From Azolla caroliniana (taxonomy: Eukaryota; Plantae; Polypodiophyta): a stretch of 64,000 nucleotides of DNA. The position numbers were made by a program, and so were the translations under genes. Of the stretch, positions 59,299 through 64,000 are shown piece after piece; within the stretch, counting starts at the first letter, position 1, and each line of letters begins with the position of its first letter. The notes beneath the pieces were generated by a model. That model was not told the origin of the DNA. It did not search any database and was given only the letters and a program-made list of their open reading frames with translations. The DNA is taken from the NCBI GenBank assembly GCA_043228905.1, contig JBHGNT010000011.1:15128001-15192000 (forward strand), read 5' to 3'.

Positions 59299-62200
59299 AC
59301 AATGATACAGAGCCGAAAACATTGCTAATAGCAAAAGAGGTGTAGTCGGCCGACAAGACAAGGCTCACCGAACTATTACTTCAATACAGAGATGCGTTTG
59401 CATGTTCGTTCAAAGATATGAAGGGACTAGATCCGGCCTTCTATCAGCATTAGATTAATCTACACAAAGATGCAAAGCTAGTACAACAATGGCGGTATTG
59501 CCTAAATCCGAATTATGTAGTAAAGGTCAAGAGGAAATCAAAAAATTGTTGTGAGTTAGCTTTATACGACTGGTCAAGAAGGCTACTTGGTTGAGCTCGA
59601 TAGTCGTGATGCCCAAAAAGAATGTCAAGGTTAGGGTGTTTGTGGACTATCGGAAGCTGAATGTTGCAACGGTGACAGATGCATTTCCGTTACCTTTCGT
59701 AGATGGAGTCCTTGATGCAGTGGTTGGCCATGAAATATACAATTTCCTCGATGGATTCACTGGATATAATCAGATTCGGATGCATCCCGACGACCAGGAG
59801 AAAACATCTTTTGTCACCAAATGGGGCGTATTTGTAGCAGTCCTGATGATGTTCGGCCTCAAAACGGCTCCGACTACATTGCAAAGGGTAATTATGGAAA
59901 AATTTACGGATTATGTACCGACATTTATGCAAGTATTTCTAGATGACTTTACTTCTCATGCAAAAGCATGTGCGCGTCACCCTTTCTTTGGTGTGTGTCT
60001 TCTTACTTTCTTTGATGGGCGTCCACATTCTTTCCTTTGTGGGTGTCTTCACTTTATCTGTGACTAGTGCCTTCTTCGTGAGTGTCTTCTTTGTCATCTT
60101 TCTAGTCCTCACTCTTCTCCTAAAAAAGCTTCCATAAAATAATATTAACTCCCTCTTCGTGCATGTCTAGACAACAGTACTAAGTCAACAAGAACAACAA
60201 CTTTTCAACATAACAATACTAAGTCAAGCACCCCCCCTTTCCAACAAGAAGAAGAAGCAAAGAATATTCAAGCATAGGTCTACATGTTCAAGATTCAAGC
60301 ATAACTCAACCCTCAAATGAACACTTCATAAAAACAACAAGAACAAGAACATGACATAATAGTTTGGTCCAAGAAAAACAAATCATAACATGTCATCACA
60401 AAATTACTAAATCTCGACTCGCAAATGAACATTGAGAAAAACAATTGCAGCAACATCAACAAAAACAACAAGAACATGACATAATAGTCCAGATCAAGAA
60501 CAAAACACTTCTTGGACATGTCATCACAGCAGTATGAAATGAGGCACCCCTTTTCCGAACCTGAACAAGTACAAGATTCAATCTAGCTACATATATAGGG
60601 TTTCATATCTCGACTCTCGGATGAACACTGGAGAAAACAAGAACAAGAACAAGAACAATAGATAGAACGAAGTGCAATCTTGAACAACAACAAACATACT
60701 AAACAAGAACATGTTGAGGAACATAACATATACATAGCATCATATCATCATAGCACCCCCTTTCCATATGTCAACATGTACAAGAATCAACCATATACAT
60801 GTACAAGACTCTCAAATGAACACATTTGAAAAACAAGACAACAAACATGGTCAACAAGAGCATGTTGAGGAAGATAAAATATAAATAGCATTATGATATC
60901 ATCATAACACCCCCTTACCATATGTGAACATGTACAAGACTCGAGCATATTTCTGTACAAGAATTGTTGAGCGGCAAGCTCAACTGGATGCGGGTCGGCT
61001 GGATAAGCTTGAGCCGGATCGGCATCCAGAAGGATGAAGCCGAATCGGTGAGACAGAGAGACCAGAACCTCAAAACTATATTCAAAAACGATAAAAACAC
61101 TCTGTCACTACAACTGTGCTCAGTAGCACTATTTATACAAGTACTCGTGGGACTGACAGAAGTACCACATACTTCAATGCTCACACGAGCATCTGACACT
61201 TACTACGAGACTATAACTGCCTAGTAGTCTAAACTAATACTAGGCTTCTGGTTACCGATTGGATCCGGCTAACCAGCTCCCTAGCTCATCGGCTCTATTG
61301 CTTGCCGGCTCGGTTGCTCACCGGCTTACCGATCCGTCTCGCTCACCGGCTCAGGCTTATCCAGCCAATCCGGCTCCAGTTGAGCTTGCTGCTCAACAAC
61401 AATGATACAGAGCCGAAAACATTGCTAATAGCAAAAGAGGTGTAGTCGGCCGACAAGACAAGGCTCACCGAACTATTACTTCAATACAGAGATGCGTTTG
61501 CATGTTCGTTCAAAGATATGAAGGGACTAGATCCGGCCTTCTATCAGCATTAGATTAATCTACACAAAGATGCAAAGCTAGTACAACAATGGCGGTATTG
61601 CCTAAATCCGAATTATGTAGTAAAGGTCAAGAGGAAATCAAAAAATTGTTGTGAGTTAGCTTTATACGACTGGTCAAGAAGGCTACTTGGTTGAGCTCGA
61701 TAGTCGTGATGCCCAAAAAGAATGTCAAGGTTAGGGTGTTTGTGGACTATCGGAAGCTGAATGTTGCAACGGTGACAGATGCATTTCCGTTACCTTTCGT
61801 AGATGGAGTCCTTGATGCAGTGGTTGGCCATGAAATATACAATTTCCTCGATGGATTCACTGGATATAATCAGATTCGGATGCATCCCGACGACCAGGAG
61901 AAAACATCTTTTGTCACCAAATGGGGCGTATTTGTAGCAGTCCTGATGATGTTCGGCCTCAAAACGGCTCCGACTACATTGCAAAGGGTAATTATGGAAA
62001 AATTTACGGATTATGTACCGACATTTATGCAAGTATTTCTAGATGACTTTACTTCTCATGCAAAAGCATGTGCGCGTCACCCTTTCTTTGGTGTGTGTCT
62101 TCTTACTTTCTTTGATGGGCGTCCACATTCTTTCCTTTGTGGGTGTCTTCACTTTATCTGTGACTAGTGCCTTCTTCGTGAGTGTCTTCTTTGTCATCTT

Positions 62201-64000
62201 TCTAGTCCTCACTCTTCTCCTAAAAAAGCTTCCATAAAATAATATTAACTCCCTCTTCGTGCATGTCTAGACAACAGTACTAAGTCAACAAGAACAACAA
62301 CTTTTCAACATAACAATACTAAGTCAAGCACCCCCCCTTTCCAACAAGAAGAAGAAGCAAAGAATATTCAAGCATAGGTCTACATGTTCAAGATTCAAGC
62401 ATAACTCAACCCTCAAATGAACACTTCATAAAAACAACAAGAACAAGAACATGACATAATAGTTTGGTCCAAGAAAAACAAATCATAACATGTCATCACA
62501 AAATTACTAAATCTCGACTCGCAAATGAACATTGAGAAAAACAATTGCAGCAACATCAACAAAAACAACAAGAACATGACATAATAGTCCAGATCAAGAA
62601 CAAAACACTTCTTGGACATGTCATCACAGCAGTATGAAATGAGGCACCCCTTTTCCGAACCTGAACAAGTACAAGATTCAATCTAGCTACATATATAGGG
62701 TTTCATATCTCGACTCTCGGATGAACACTGGAGAAAACAAGAACAAGAACAAGAACAATAGATAGAACGAAGTGCAATCTTGAACAACAACAAACATACT
62801 AAACAAGAACATGTTGAGGAACATAACATATACATAGCATCATATCATCATAGCACCCCCTTTCCATATGTCAACATGTACAAGAATCAACCATATACAT
62901 GTACAAGACTCTCAAATGAACACATTTGAAAAACAAGACAACAAACATGGTCAACAAGAGCATGTTGAGGAAGATAAAATATAAATAGCATTATGATATC
63001 ATCATAACACCCCCTTACCATATGTGAACATGTACAAGACTCGAGCATATTTCTGTACAAGAATTGTTGAGCGGCAAGCTCAACTGGATGCGGGTCGGCT
63101 GGATAAGCTTGAGCCGGATCGGCATCCAGAAGGATGAAGCCGAATCGGTGAGACAGAGAGACCAGAACCTCAAAACTATATTCAAAAACGATAAAAACAC
63201 TCTGTCACTACAACTGTGCTCAGTAGCACTATTTATACAAGTACTCGTGGGACTGACAGAAGTACCACATACTTCAATGCTCACACGAGCATCTGACACT
63301 TACTACGAGACTATAACTGCCTAGTAGTCTAAACTAATACTAGGCTTCTGGTTACCGATTGGATCCGGCTAACCAGCTCCCTAGCTCATCGGCTCTATTG
63401 CTTGCCGGCTCGGTTGCTCACCGGCTTACCGATCCGTCTCGCTCACCGGCTCAGGCTTATCCAGCCAATCCGGCTCCAGTTGAGCTTGCTGCTCAACAAC
63501 AATGATACAGAGCCGAAAACATTGCTAATAGCAAAAGAGGTGTAGTCGGCCGACAAGACAAGGCTCACCGAACTATTACTTCAATACAGAGATGCGTTTG
63601 CATGTTCGTTCAAAGATATGAAGGGACTAGATCCGGCCTTCTATCAGCATTAGATTAATCTACACAAAGATGCAAAGCTAGTACAACAATGGCGGTATTG
63701 CCTAAATCCGAATTATGTAGTAAAGGTCAAGAGGAAATCAAAAAATTGTTGTGAGTTAGCTTTATACGACTGGTCAAGAAGGCTACTTGGTTGAGCTCGA
63801 TAGTCGTGATGCCCAAAAAGAATGTCAAGGTTAGGGTGTTTGTGGACTATCGGAAGCTGAATGTTGCAACGGTGACAGATGCATTTCCGTTACCTTTCGT
63901 AGATGGAGTCCTTGATGCAGTGGTTGGCCATGAAATATACAATTTCCTCGATGGATTCACTGGATATAATCAGATTCGGATGCATCTCGACGACCAGGAG
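58950..64000 (+). repeat. Tandem array with a 2100-bp unit (58950-61049, 61050-63149, 63150 to window end)
   Basis: AGACAGAGAGACCAGAACCTC at 58951, 61051 and 63151. Identical ORFs are offset by exactly 2100 (59591/61691, 60915/63015). Confidence 0.96.

Larger units (their letters stand above)
50892..59950 (+). mobile_element. Decayed Ty3/gypsy (Tat-like) element: 5' LTR about 50892-51470, PBS, gag, PR, copia insertion, then truncated RT (59299-59950)
   Basis: PBS TGGCACGCCCGGT at 51477 is of the tRNA-Arg type seen in Tat elements. Gag YPYPKYNDDTNVEAHV...WY; protease IVDGGSRVNVI...YPLLLGR; RT FVDYRKLN...FLDGFTGYNQI...MMFGLKTAP...VFLDDF. Many stops are present. Confidence 0.85.

Overview
Land-plant nuclear DNA: AT-rich, microsatellite-dense, with spliceosomal introns. 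A non-seed plant such as a fern is my inference only. Host genes are an intronless SKIP/SNW1, tRNA-Thr(AGT), a 3-exon low-complexity basic protein with 50-aa tandem repeats, a 9-coding-exon MscS-like (MSL) channel, a tentative minus-strand multi-exon gene, a SAM-domain protein and an intronless AAR2. There is also a decayed ubiquitin pseudogene. The main TE is a young, intact, GC-rich Ty3/gypsy element (8452-15760, minus). It has a 4-bp TSD, an 18-nt tRNA-Trp PBS and a GAG-PR / RT-RH-INT split joined by a predicted -1 frameshift signal (G_GAU_UUU, 6-nt spacer, stem with pseudoknot potential). Other TEs are a decayed Tat-like gypsy interrupted by a copia element (53998-59298, TSD ACAAT), a 2100-bp tandem array built from that copia/gypsy junction, LINE and copia remnants, and a small dispersed element made of two convergent tRNA-like modules. 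All calls were made by eye without tools.
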